DNA of 64,000 nt from an uncultured Alphaproteobacteria bacterium (GTDB taxonomy: Bacteria; Pseudomonadota; Alphaproteobacteria; Acetobacterales; Acetobacteraceae): the NCBI GenBank assembly GCA_963850595.1, contig CAWKLS010000002.1, forward strand, positions 903,711-967,710, given 5' to 3'. The number at the start of each line of letters is the position of its first letter. Positions within the stretch are counted from its first letter, which is position 1. Below the pieces are notes generated by a model, which was not told the origin of the DNA, searched no databases, and saw only the letters and a program-made list of their open reading frames with translations. Both the position numbers and the translations under genes were made by a program. Positions 40,174 through 49,190 of this stretch are shown here, in pieces.

Positions 40174-40587
40174 ACCGGCTCAGAGGGATCGGGCGCGTCA
40201 AACCATCCGGTGGTTTGTGCCGGGAGGCTGTCCGCGCGCCGATCCGTCGCTGGAACGTTCGTTATTACGCTATTAGTCTCAACTTTTAGCAAGCATTCGT
40301 TTACGAAACAAAAAATTAGCGGTCACGAAAGGGTGTGGTTTGAAAATCACCCTGGTCGGCCACACGCAAACCGCCAAAGATCACAACCGATAGCCACTAA
40401 GGGTTGTAGTGTCGTTGACCCTCTGTTTACGGACCCGGGCACGATACCCGCCTCGCGTCTGGCACGCCTCCCTATCCAGCGTCCTTCAGACGTTCATTGT
40501 CGATCCGGACCGAGCAATCTTTCCGGCCCGGGGCTTGCGTCTGCCGGCCCGAACCCGTAGGAACTCCCCGCGAACGAAGGCGCTAAT

Positions 40588-40662
<75 letters not shown>

Positions 40663-40670
40663 GCCATCGT

Positions 40671-41465
40671 TCAGACCTTCTTCGGACGGTCCCCCAGCAT
40701 CGCTGCAAGCGTCGGCTCGATCGCCTCGGCAATACGCGCCTGGGCCTGCGCCGTCGGGTGCAGCGGCGGATCCGGCGGGTCGAGCTGATCGTCATAGAAC
40801 TGCGTCCGGTCCACCTGGCCGTCCTGCAGGAACAAGGCCGCCAAATCCATGAAGGTGATCCGGCCTAGTCCTGCCTGCTCGGCGCTCTCGTCGCCGCCAG
40901 GCGCGTAGCGCGCCGCCAGCTCGCGGTTGACCCGCTGGCTGGTTTTCGTCACGTATTTTGACCGCACGCTCGGCAGGATGCCCAGCAGCAGCACGTGCGT
41001 GGCCGGCAGACGCCGGTGCAGCTCGTCCACCACTGCCACAATGCCGGCGACCGTCTGCGGCGCGCTCCAGCGGACGCGCCCCAAGTTATTGGCGCCGATC
41101 AGCACCACGGCCGCCTTCGGATGGATGTCGTCCAGCTCGCCGTTCTGCATGCGCCACAGCAAATGCGCAGTGTTGTCGCCGCGGAAACCCAGGTTCACCG
41201 CATTCCGGTCGCCATAAAAGCGCTGCCATACCGGCGCGAAGTCCTGCCAGTCCGGCGGCCCCTGCTTCTCCCAGTCCTGGGTGATGCTGTCGCCGAGCCA
41301 AACCAGGTCAACCCGGCGGTCCCTTAGCTCGGCAAGCTTCTCTTGATGCCGCTTGCGCCACCATGCGGTGTCCAGACGCGAGAGCGGCAGCGCTGCGACC
41401 GGGATGCGCTCGGCGCCCGCCAGCAGCGTCACGGCCCCAGCGAGCGCCAGCCGGCGGGTCAGCAT
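40671..41465 (-). CDS. SGNH/GDSL hydrolase family protein (secreted)
   Basis: It has a signal-like N-terminus. Block I is VDLVWLGDSITQDW, and later blocks are NLGFRGDNTAHLLWR and VVLIGANNLG. Confidence 0.82.
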   Translation of the reverse strand: MLTRRLALAGAVTLLAGAERIPVAALPLSRLDTAWWRKRHQEKLAELRDRRVDLVWLGDSITQDWEKQGPPDWQDFAPVWQRFYGDRNAVNLGFRGDNTAHLLWRMQNGELDDIHPKAAVVLIGANNLGRVRWSAPQTVAGIVAVVDELHRRLPATHVLLLGILPSVRSKYVTKTSQRVNRELAARYAPGGDESAEQAGLGRITFMDLAALFLQDGQVDRTQFYDDQLDPPDPPLHPTAQAQARIAEAIEPTLAAMLGDRPKKV

Positions 41466-41489
41466 GATAGCACGGTCAGCATGATAGCA
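41458..41489. repeat. 17-bp tandem duplication spanning the GDSL hydrolase start codon
   Basis: gtcagcatgatagca occurs at 41458-41472 and again at 41475-41489. Confidence 0.85.
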
Positions 41490-41667
41490 TGGGGGGAAAT
41501 ATTGGGATTGGCGGACTGCGCCATGGCAAGCTCCAGCGTGGCCACGGCACTCGGCGCCGGGTGCGGCATTATGGGTTCGATGGCTGAAATGAGCGACCCC
41601 GTTTTCTGCGACCTGTCTTGCCGTTGGGCGGCCGGGGAGGCAGGCTGCGGGCTTGATGGAGGTGCAA

Positions 41668-42453
41668 ATGGCAAGCTTGTTCGATCTCTCCGGTCAGGTC
41701 GCGATCATCACCGGCTCCAGCAAAGGCATCGGCCGCGCCATCGCCGAGCGCATGGCCGAGCACGGCGCGCGCGTGGTCGTCAGCAGCCGCAAGGCGGAGG
41801 GATGCGAGGCGGTCGCGGACGTCATCCGGGGCCGCGGCGGCGAGGCGCTGGTCGTGCCCTGCAACATCGGCCGCAAAGAGGAGCTGCAGGCGCTCGTGGA
41901 CCGCACCATGGCCGAGTGGGGCCGCGTCGATGCGCTGGTATGCAACGCGGCCGTGAACCCGTATTTCGGGCCGCAGATCGCCATCCCTGACGATGCGTGG
42001 GATCGCATCATGGGCACCAACATCCGCAGCAACCACTGGCTGGCCAACATGGTGCTGCCGGGCATGGCGGAGCGTGGGGACGGGTCGGTCACCATCGTCT
42101 CGTCGATCGCCGGGCTGCGCGGCTCGACGACGCTCGGGGCATACGGGATCAGCAAGGCGGCGGACATGCAGCTGGTGCGCAACCTCGCGGTCGAGTGGGG
42201 CGGGCGCGGCATCCGCGCCAACTGCATCGCGCCCGGCCTAGTCCGCACCGATTTCGCCCGGGCGCTTTGGGAGGACCCGGCCAATCTCAAGAAGCGCACG
42301 CGGGACACGCCGCTAGGCCGCATCGGCGAGCCGGACGAGATCGCAGGAGCTGCGGTGTTCCTGGCGGCTGCTTCCGGCCGGTTCATGACGGGCCAGACCA
42401 TTGTCATCGACGGCGGTGTTTTGGCGGGCGCGCCGGCGCTGGAGGAGGATTAG
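41668..42453 (+). CDS. SDR family oxidoreductase
   Basis: Contains the cofactor motif VAIITGSSKGIGRAIA, then NAAV, and the catalytic YGISKAA. A GGAGG sits before ATG 41668. Confidence 0.9.
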   Translation: MASLFDLSGQVAIITGSSKGIGRAIAERMAEHGARVVVSSRKAEGCEAVADVIRGRGGEALVVPCNIGRKEELQALVDRTMAEWGRVDALVCNAAVNPYFGPQIAIPDDAWDRIMGTNIRSNHWLANMVLPGMAERGDGSVTIVSSIAGLRGSTTLGAYGISKAADMQLVRNLAVEWGGRGIRANCIAPGLVRTDFARALWEDPANLKKRTRDTPLGRIGEPDEIAGAAVFLAAASGRFMTGQTIVIDGGVLAGAPALEED

Positions 42454-42959
42454 CCAGCAAAGGGATGGAGGTCCAAGGCCTCCCACGGGCCGCCGAGATA
42501 GCGCCAGAGCAGCAGTCCCTCGGCGCGCACGGTGAATGGCGTGAATGCAGCCTGCAGGTTCTGCTGCAGGGCGCGCGCGGCCTCCGGGGTCGCCTTGTTC
42601 TGGATCGTGACGTGCGGGCGGTAGCCCTGCCGGTCTTGCGGCGTTAGCCAGTCGTGCCAGGCCCTGGACAAATCAGCATGCAATCCGGTGAGCTCCGGCG
42701 CCTGCAGCGCGTAGGTGACGCCGCGGCCCAGGAAGCGCAGCCCGGACGTTGCGACCGGGAACGGCGGCGTTGCGGCGCATCGCTGCTCCAACGTTTTCTG
42801 AATCGCAGTAATCTCTGGCCCCGGCAGATGGTGGAACAATGTGACATGTGCTGGGATCAAGTTGCGATCGGACGGGAAATGCAGCGTGCGCAAGCGCTCA
42901 AAACGCGCCTGGTCATCGGAGTGCAGCGCCAGCGTCAGAATGAGCGGCGCTTCGCTCAC
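42450..42959 (-). CDS. 2H phosphoesterase superfamily protein (2'-5' RNA ligase-like)
   Basis: Two H-x-T-x motifs (HVTLFHH and HVTIQNK) occur in a 169-aa protein. Confidence 0.75.
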   Translation of the reverse strand: MSEAPLILTLALHSDDQARFERLRTLHFPSDRNLIPAHVTLFHHLPGPEITAIQKTLEQRCAATPPFPVATSGLRFLGRGVTYALQAPELTGLHADLSRAWHDWLTPQDRQGYRPHVTIQNKATPEAARALQQNLQAAFTPFTVRAEGLLLWRYLGGPWEALDLHPFAG

Positions 42960-42970
42960 GCACGCCGCCG

Positions 42971-43270
42971 ATGACGCGGGAGCAGCTCGTGGCGCGCTGG
43001 CTCGACCTGACGCGCCGCGTCCTGCCAGGCATGGCCCCGGCGGCGCGCTGGCCCATCCGCTTCGACCACTGTTTTATGCGGGTCTGCCTGGACCACGCGA
43101 TCGGCCAACCCTGGCACGAGCGGGTGCGCCGCCCGGCGATCCGCCACCTCGGCGACGACCAGCTGCGCCGGGCGATCGCCCTGGCCGAGCGCATCGCCGC
43201 CAACCCTGCCGTGCTGCCGGGCTTGAACGAGCAAAGCCTCGCGTGGCGCCTGGCGAGCCGCCATCCCTAG
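42971..43270 (+). CDS. Hypothetical protein
   Basis: The 99-aa ORF has a natural composition (WPIRFDHCFMRVCLDHAIGQPWHE). It is divergent from the 2H phosphoesterase gene. I cannot name a family with confidence. Confidence 0.5.
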   Translation: MTREQLVARWLDLTRRVLPGMAPAARWPIRFDHCFMRVCLDHAIGQPWHERVRRPAIRHLGDDQLRRAIALAERIAANPAVLPGLNEQSLAWRLASRHP

Positions 43271-45210
43271 CGCCGGGGCCGGGCAGGGGTGCGGGCCGGC
43301 ACACTCGGCGGCGCTTTGGCATTGGCCAGCAGACCCGCACAAGCTCCATCCTCGCCGGTGCCCAACTGGATCGTCGGCAACAGCGCACCCAGTGGTGTCA
43401 GCAGGATACCCAAGCCCACCGCGGCACCGGCGCGCGCGCCGACTACGGCAAGGTCCGGCAGCACGCTGGGTTTGGCGAACGTTCCGGTGATATCGACCGG
43501 CGCCGGAAGCGAGCCGATACTGAAGTGCTTGCTCTCGGTCTCGAGCACCAGCTTCAGCGTCTCGTCCCGCAGGTTGATGTTCCCCTTACCGCCAACCCGC
43601 GCCTCGTCGGTGTCCAGCAACAGGGTGCGCGCGTCCACCACGCCCTGCTGCAGCACAAAATCTGTGATCAGGCACTGGATGTTGGCGCGGTTCGGCACGC
43701 CCAGCGCTGACAGCACCGCGTTGCCAAACTGCAGGCCGGAAAGATCGACCAGCAGCGCGCTGAGATTGCCGCCGGATCCCATGTACAGCTTCAGCTCGCC
43801 GTTGCCGTGCCCCAGGATGTCCGCCATCGACTTGCCGGTCCCGTCGATCACCGCGCGACCACCGATCGCCCCGGCGCCACGCGCTGCGCCCGTAGCGGCC
43901 AGCAGCTTGTCCACGTCCACGCGCTGAAAATCGATGGTGGTCTTGGCGTGCACCTCTTGGCCCGATTCGGCCAGCTTGATGTCCGAAACGATCTGGCCGC
44001 GGCCGATGCCGAAGCTCAGCGGCGCCAGCGACACCGCGCCGTCCACGATATCGAGGTCCGCCCGCATGTTGTCGAGCGGCTGCGATCGGCCCTGGATGCG
44101 GCCGGCGCGATATTTCAGGTGGACGTCGGCGACGGTCAGCTTCGGAAGGTTGATGGGATCGCTGGGCAGCACCCGCCCGTTGGACGCCGCGGCGCGCTTC
44201 GTGCCCTTGCTGGAATCGCCGGGCTCGGCGCCGATGAAGCCGCCGAGGTCCTTCAAATCGATGAGCTTCGATTGCAGCTCGGCGGTCAGCACCGGGCGCT
44301 GCGGTTTGGTGTCCACCTGAAGGTCTCCCGCAAGATCACTGCTGCCGAACTTGCCGGTCGCGCCGGTGAATTTTACGAAGCCCGCGGCATAGTCCAGGCT
44401 GCCGGTAATTCGGTAGGGAGGCGTCTTCGGGATGGCGACCCCGGTCAGCGGCAGGAGCAGCGACATGTCCGGCCCCGCCAGATCCAGTTTTAGATCGGCG
44501 CCGGCGAAGGCCAGAGGGTCCTTGATCGTGCCGGCCACCGACACCTTGGTCGGTCCGTTCGCCACTTGCAGATCTACGGGATAGGGCTGCGATTCGTCGC
44601 GCAAAGACAGCAGCGCGCCGCCGGTGAACTGCGCGTTGATGGGCTGCGCGGCGTAGGTGCCCTGGGCGGATGCGACGATCTGGCTGGGCTGGCCGGCCAA
44701 GTCCTTGGTCGCCACATCCACATTGAAATCAGATTTAAGCTTGGCCATCACGACGTGCGCGTGGCCGTCGCTGATGCGCAGATTGCCGATCTTGGGACCC
44801 GGACCGCTGCTGCCGGTACTGGCAAGCGTCCAGTTGGCCCGGCCATCCGCCAGCTGCTGGGCATCGACCTGCGGACGATCGACGGCGATGTCCGGGATGA
44901 CGATCTGTCGTGCCCTGATGTAGGCCATAGCGTCCACATCGAAGCTCAGCCGGTCCGCAGTGGCGAAGTTGCCGCCTCCGGGCCAACCCTCGGGGTTGCC
45001 GATGGTGATCCCGTCAGCCTCGATATGCGGCACCCGGCCGAGCCGTACGTGTAGATGCGTGACCGTCACTGGACGTCCGAGCGCCTTTGAGGCCTGGGAA
45101 TTGACCACCGGGATCAGCCAATCCCAACGAAACACCGCGGCGGTCACGGCGAGGACGAGTGCCAAACCTCCTATGACGAACGGCCAGCGGCGGCGTTTTG
45201 TTTCGGACAT
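43267..45210 (-). CDS. AsmA family outer-membrane biogenesis protein
   Basis: The 647-aa protein has an N-terminal anchor RRRWPFVIGGLALVLAVTAAVF followed by a long beta-rich region, with AsmA-like N- and C-terminal segments. Confidence 0.8.
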   Translation of the reverse strand: MSETKRRRWPFVIGGLALVLAVTAAVFRWDWLIPVVNSQASKALGRPVTVTHLHVRLGRVPHIEADGITIGNPEGWPGGGNFATADRLSFDVDAMAYIRARQIVIPDIAVDRPQVDAQQLADGRANWTLASTGSSGPGPKIGNLRISDGHAHVVMAKLKSDFNVDVATKDLAGQPSQIVASAQGTYAAQPINAQFTGGALLSLRDESQPYPVDLQVANGPTKVSVAGTIKDPLAFAGADLKLDLAGPDMSLLLPLTGVAIPKTPPYRITGSLDYAAGFVKFTGATGKFGSSDLAGDLQVDTKPQRPVLTAELQSKLIDLKDLGGFIGAEPGDSSKGTKRAAASNGRVLPSDPINLPKLTVADVHLKYRAGRIQGRSQPLDNMRADLDIVDGAVSLAPLSFGIGRGQIVSDIKLAESGQEVHAKTTIDFQRVDVDKLLAATGAARGAGAIGGRAVIDGTGKSMADILGHGNGELKLYMGSGGNLSALLVDLSGLQFGNAVLSALGVPNRANIQCLITDFVLQQGVVDARTLLLDTDEARVGGKGNINLRDETLKLVLETESKHFSIGSLPAPVDITGTFAKPSVLPDLAVVGARAGAAVGLGILLTPLGALLPTIQLGTGEDGACAGLLANAKAPPSVPARTPARPRR

Positions 45211-45233
45211 GCGGACACAACGATGCGCGGAGC

Positions 45234-45346
45234 CATCGGTTTCCCGCTCCGCGGGTCGGCGGTTTCCCGCTCCGCGGGTTGGCGGTTTCCCACTCCGCCG
45301 GTTGAGGGTTTTCCGCCCCTTGGATGGCGGTCTCCGTTCCGCGGGT
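45234..45346. repeat. About five tandem copies of a 23-bp unit (consensus cggcggtttcccgctccgcgggt) between divergent genes
   Basis: Units start at 45234, 45257, 45280, 45303 (degenerate) and 45326. The well-conserved units contain the small palindrome cccgc-tcc-gcggg. Confidence 0.85.
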
Positions 45347-45406
45347 TGCCCGATCCACCGCGGCCCGCCATCCTACGGCCATTCCGCTGCGACAGGGACC
45401 CTATCG

Positions 45407-45733
45407 ATGATCCACGAACTCCGCGTCTATCGCTGCCTGCCCGGACGGCTGCCCAACTTGCTGGCGCGGTTCGAGAATACCACCCTCGCCATCTGGGCCC
45501 GTCACGGCATTCGCCCGGCTGGGTTCTGGACCACGCTGATCGGCCCGTCGAACCAGGAGCTGACCTATTTGCTGGCCTGGGAGAGCCTCGCCGAACGCGA
45601 GGCGAAGTGGACTGCTTTCCAGTCCGACCCAGAGTGGATCAGCAAGCGGGCGGAGTCTGAGCGCGACGGGCAGATCGTCGGCAACATCGTGAGCTCGCTG
45701 CTGCAGCCCACCGCGTTCTCCACCGTGAAGTAG
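45407..45733 (+). CDS. NIPSNAP family protein
   Basis: Reads MIHELRVYRCLPGRLPNLLARFENTTLAIWARHGIRPAGFWTTLIGPSNQELTYLLAWESLAEREAKW. Confidence 0.82.
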   Translation: MIHELRVYRCLPGRLPNLLARFENTTLAIWARHGIRPAGFWTTLIGPSNQELTYLLAWESLAEREAKWTAFQSDPEWISKRAESERDGQIVGNIVSSLLQPTAFSTVK

Positions 45734-45738
45734 CGATC

Positions 45739-46389
45739 ATGCCCGAGCTCCAGGCCGCCATCATCCCGGTCACGCCGTTCCAGCAGAATTGCGTGCTGAT
45801 CTGGGACGATGCCAGCAAGCAGGCATGGGTCATCGACCCGGGCGGCAACGTGCCGCGCATCCAGGAGGCGATCGCCACCCTGGGCCTCAAGGTCGAGCGC
45901 ATCCTGCTGACCCACGGCCATATCGACCACGCTGGCGGCGCGGCCGAGCTGCGGGAAACGCTGAATGTGCCGCTGGAGGGTCCGGACGAGCGCGACGCCT
46001 TCCTGCTGGACGGCTTGGCGGAGCAGGGCAAGGCTTACGGCATGGCAGAGGCGCGCAACGTCCGCCCGGACCGCTGGCTGGTGGAGGGCGACGCGGTCAC
46101 GCTGGGGACGCACCGGTTCGACGTGCTGCACTGTCCCGGGCACACGCCGGGCCATTTGGTTTTCGTGAACAAGGTTTCGCGTTTTGCCCTGGTGGGCGAC
46201 GTGCTGTTCCGTGGCTCGGTCGGGCGGACGGATTTCCCCTATGGCGACCCGGACGCGCTGCTGGCGTCGATCCGCGGCAAGCTGCTGCCGCTGGGGGACG
46301 ACGTTTCGTTCATCTGTGGCCACGGCCCGGGCTCGACCATCGCCGTGGAACGTCGGGCCAACCCGTTCGTGGCGGAGAAGCTTGGTTAG
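45739..46389 (+). CDS. MBL-fold metallo-hydrolase (glyoxalase II-like)
   Basis: Contains THGHIDHAGG, HCPGHTPGH and GDVLFRGSVGRTDFPYG. Confidence 0.9.
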   Translation: MPELQAAIIPVTPFQQNCVLIWDDASKQAWVIDPGGNVPRIQEAIATLGLKVERILLTHGHIDHAGGAAELRETLNVPLEGPDERDAFLLDGLAEQGKAYGMAEARNVRPDRWLVEGDAVTLGTHRFDVLHCPGHTPGHLVFVNKVSRFALVGDVLFRGSVGRTDFPYGDPDALLASIRGKLLPLGDDVSFICGHGPGSTIAVERRANPFVAEKLG

Positions 46390-46474
46390 CGATCCAAGCT
46401 GGGCTGCCACCAAAGCTTCACAGGGCAGGGCACCCCAGGTCAGGTAAGCCGCGTCGGTGAAGCGACGAGGTTCC

Positions 46475-47080
46475 ATGCCAGCAAGATCAGACGTGTTCGA
46501 TGCGCCGCAGCGGCCCGGCTCCGGCATGGCGCTATTCCTCGCGCGCTGGCTGGCCAATCCGCTGCAGATGGGCTCGGTGGTGCCGTCCTCGCCCGCGCTG
46601 TGCCGGCGGGTCATGCAGCAAGTGCGGCGCGGACCAGATGAGTGGGTGCTGGAGCTTGGCGCAGGGACTGGAGTGGTGTCGCGCGCCCTGCTGGCCGGCG
46701 GCGTGCCGCCCGAGCGCCTGACGGTGCTGGAGATCGTGCCCGACATGGCGGAGCACCTGCGCCAGCGCCTCCACAGCGTCGAGGTGATCGAGGGCGACGC
46801 CCGCGCGCTGCCGGAGCTGATCCCGCGCATCCGGCACGGGCGGATCGGCACGGTGATCTGCGGCATCCCCATGGTGCTGCTGCCTTTGGTGGAACAGCGC
46901 CGCTTCATCGAGGCGATCGACGCGGTGGCGCCGGGGCGTGGGTTTCTGCATTACAGCTATTGCGCCACCTCGCCGCTCCCGCACCGCAAGCACCGTCTGG
47001 CGGCGAAGCGCGAGGCCTGGACGCCGCTCAATGTCCCGCCCGCGAGCGTATGGCGCTATACGCCGGTCGCGGGGGTATGA
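46475..47080 (+). CDS. Class I SAM-dependent methyltransferase (phospholipid N-methyltransferase-like)
   Basis: Contains FLARWLANPLQMGSVVPSSPALCRRV and the SAM motif VLELGAGTGVVSRALL. A GAGG sits before ATG 46475. Confidence 0.75.
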   Translation: MPARSDVFDAPQRPGSGMALFLARWLANPLQMGSVVPSSPALCRRVMQQVRRGPDEWVLELGAGTGVVSRALLAGGVPPERLTVLEIVPDMAEHLRQRLHSVEVIEGDARALPELIPRIRHGRIGTVICGIPMVLLPLVEQRRFIEAIDAVAPGRGFLHYSYCATSPLPHRKHRLAAKREAWTPLNVPPASVWRYTPVAGV

Positions 47081-47088
47081 AGCCAAGC

Positions 47089-47964
47089 TTACGCAGTGGT
47101 CAGCAATCGTTGCGGGCGGCGGCTGCGTGCGATGTTGAACAGGCTGAAGGTGCCCCGGACATAGTTGGAAACCCCCTCCAGCCCTTGCAGGTATTCCTCC
47201 AGCGCTGGGGTCAGCGCCGCCTTGACCAGCCTGGTCTTACGGCTGGGGTCCATGGTCTCGAAGCGCACGACGAACCATGGATCGCCGCGCTTCAGCAGCA
47301 GGTCCTTGGTGGTGTCATGCCATTCGAACGCCCACATCAGGGTGCGCGGCCATACGTCGATGGGATAGCGCCCACCGACGAGGACGCCGGGCCACGGATT
47401 GGGGCAATAGGCGTGGACCGGGGGTAACTGGGTCAGCCAGACTGGCTCGTCGGCCAGGAACAAATAGGGCGTGATGACCTGCAGGACCGGCCGTTCGGGA
47501 TGACGCCACTCGCGTTCGTCAACCAGCTGCAGCATCTGCCCGAGATGACGGGCGCGGATCGGCGACGCATCACCGAGGGCATTCTCCAGCTTGGCCCGGC
47601 CTTGGGCATCGCGCTGGAAGCGGATGCGGGCATCGATCGGGCATGTGACCTCGATCAGCCTGGAGTTGTGGTCGAGCACCGCCGGGCAGATGCTCACGGC
47701 CTTGGCGTGCGTGGCGCGCGGCCCCTTGTTCAGCACCGGCTGCGGCGCGTCCCAGATGAAGCTTGCCTTGGCTTGGCGCAGGAGCCAGCCGACTTCGACG
47801 ACCCGGCCACGCGGGACAGCTCCGCGCCATGCATCGGTCCAGCGGCGCCAAACGGCGCGGGATGCGCTTCTGGCCTGCCTCCACAATTGCGGTCCGGGGT
47901 GAGGCATCCTTGCCGTGGGCGGGGGAAGCGCTTCCAAGGGTTTTGTCCGTAATGACGGCCCCAT
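47089..47964 (-). CDS. Hypothetical protein, no recognised domain
   Basis: From about residue 60 onward the composition is natural and codon bias is host-like (ICPAVLDHNSRLIEVTCPIDARIRF...WPGVLVGGRYPIDVWPRTLMWAFEWHD...RGDPWFVVRFE). The N-terminal ~55 residues are Arg/Trp/Ala-rich, so the true start may be ATG 47907 or later. Confidence 0.6.
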   Translation of the reverse strand: MGPSLRTKPLEALPPPTARMPHPGPQLWRQARSASRAVWRRWTDAWRGAVPRGRVVEVGWLLRQAKASFIWDAPQPVLNKGPRATHAKAVSICPAVLDHNSRLIEVTCPIDARIRFQRDAQGRAKLENALGDASPIRARHLGQMLQLVDEREWRHPERPVLQVITPYLFLADEPVWLTQLPPVHAYCPNPWPGVLVGGRYPIDVWPRTLMWAFEWHDTTKDLLLKRGDPWFVVRFETMDPSRKTRLVKAALTPALEEYLQGLEGVSNYVRGTFSLFNIARSRRPQRLLTTA

Positions 47965-48056
47965 TCCATCGCAAGTCTATTAGTAAAACGCAATGAAATT
48001 GATGGCGGCCAACCTAGTTCGTTTTGCCATAGTATTAAAATCCGTGATGCGCCATC

Positions 48057-49136
48057 ATGGTCGCTGGAGCTGTGCGGTGGAACCGGTTCATGCAACTTCC
48101 CCTCTTCCATCCGGGCGATCCGGCACCCTGGTTCGTCGCTCGCAGCACGGCCCACCCGCAATACCGCTTCGATACCAGCGCCGGGCGCTATATCGTGCTG
48201 TGCTTTTTGGGTTCGGCCGGCGATGCCGCAGCCGCCACGGCGCTGAATGCCGCGCTGCAGGAGCATCGCGGCCTGTTTGACGATGCCAATGCCTGCCTGT
48301 TTGGCGTCAGCACCGACCCCGAGGACGAGCGCCTGGGACGCCTCACACAATCGGCCGGGATACGGCTCATCTGGGATTTCGACCAAGCCGTCAGCCGATT
48401 GTATGGCGCGGTGAAAAGCGGTGACCCGGCGCAATACACGCGGTTCTGGCTGGTGCTGGACCCCATGCTGCGGGTGCTGCGCCTGGCACCGCTCGATCAG
48501 GCTCAGGCGGTGATGGCGTTTGTGGGCGGGCTGCCGCCAGCCGCGCTCCACGCCGGAGCCACGCTGCCGGCCCCGCTGCTCGTGCTGCCGCGCGTGTTTG
48601 AACCGAGCTTCTGCCGGCACCTGATCGGCCTCTATGAGGCGCAGGGCGGCGAAGACAGCGGCTTCATGCTGGAGGTGGACGGGCGCACGACCCAACACCA
48701 GGACGCGTTGTTCAAACGCCGTCGCGACCACGCGATCCAGCACGAGCCGACGCGGGTTGCCATGCGGGAGCGTATCGAGCGCCGGTTGGTGCCGGAGATC
48801 TGGAAAGCCTTCCAGTTCAGCGCGACCCGCGTGGAGCGGTTCATCGTCGCCTGCTACGCTGCTGCTGAGGGCGGGCATTTTCAGGCGCACCGCGACAATA
48901 CGACCCCTGGCACGGCGCACCGCCGCTTCGCCGTTACGATCAATCTCAATGGGGACTATGACGGCGGCGACCTGCGGTTTCCGGAGTTTGGGCCGCGTCG
49001 ATACCGGGGACCCGTGGGTGGCGCCGTCGTCTTTTCATGCGCATTGCTGCACGAGGTCACGCCAGTGACGCGGGGCGTGCGCTACGCCACCTTGCCGTTC
49101 CTCTACGATGAGGGGGCCTTTGAAGCATCCGGTTAG
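48057..49136 (+). CDS. Fusion of a thioredoxin-fold (redoxin/AhpC-TSA-like) N-terminal half with a 2OG-Fe(II) oxygenase C-terminal half
   Basis: The N-terminal half carries GRYIVLCFLGS...LFGVSTDP. The C-terminal half carries HFQAHRDNT...RRFAVTINLN...GGDLRFPEFG...AVVFSCALLHEVTPVTRGVRY, matching the H-x-D...H...R pattern of the prolyl-hydroxylase-like superfamily. The alternative start is ATG 48090. Confidence 0.75.
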   Translation: MVAGAVRWNRFMQLPLFHPGDPAPWFVARSTAHPQYRFDTSAGRYIVLCFLGSAGDAAAATALNAALQEHRGLFDDANACLFGVSTDPEDERLGRLTQSAGIRLIWDFDQAVSRLYGAVKSGDPAQYTRFWLVLDPMLRVLRLAPLDQAQAVMAFVGGLPPAALHAGATLPAPLLVLPRVFEPSFCRHLIGLYEAQGGEDSGFMLEVDGRTTQHQDALFKRRRDHAIQHEPTRVAMRERIERRLVPEIWKAFQFSATRVERFIVACYAAAEGGHFQAHRDNTTPGTAHRRFAVTINLNGDYDGGDLRFPEFGPRRYRGPVGGAVVFSCALLHEVTPVTRGVRYATLPFLYDEGAFEASG

Positions 49137-49151
49137 GGCTGAGGGCGGGGT

Positions 49152-49182
49152 GCGCGGCCTGGGCTGCAAGTGCAGGCCGCGC
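49152..49182. terminator. Hairpin between convergent genes (possible bidirectional terminator)
   Basis: The stem gcgcggcctg / caggccgcgc (10 bp) has an 11-nt loop. Confidence 0.45.
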
Positions 49183-49190
49183 GCCTCTGC

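Noticed and set aside
40334-40350. tgtggtttgaaaatcac upstream of the Crp-family gene, considered as a possible CRP/FNR-type operator.
   Set aside because: The half-site spacing and sequence do not fit either TGTGA-N6-TCACA or TTGAT-N4-ATCAA. A match of this quality is expected by chance in an AT-rich spacer.
45234-45346. The tandem repeats might be a CRISPR array.
   Set aside because: The units are directly adjacent with no unique spacers. The array is only about 110 bp long, and there are no cas genes in the window.
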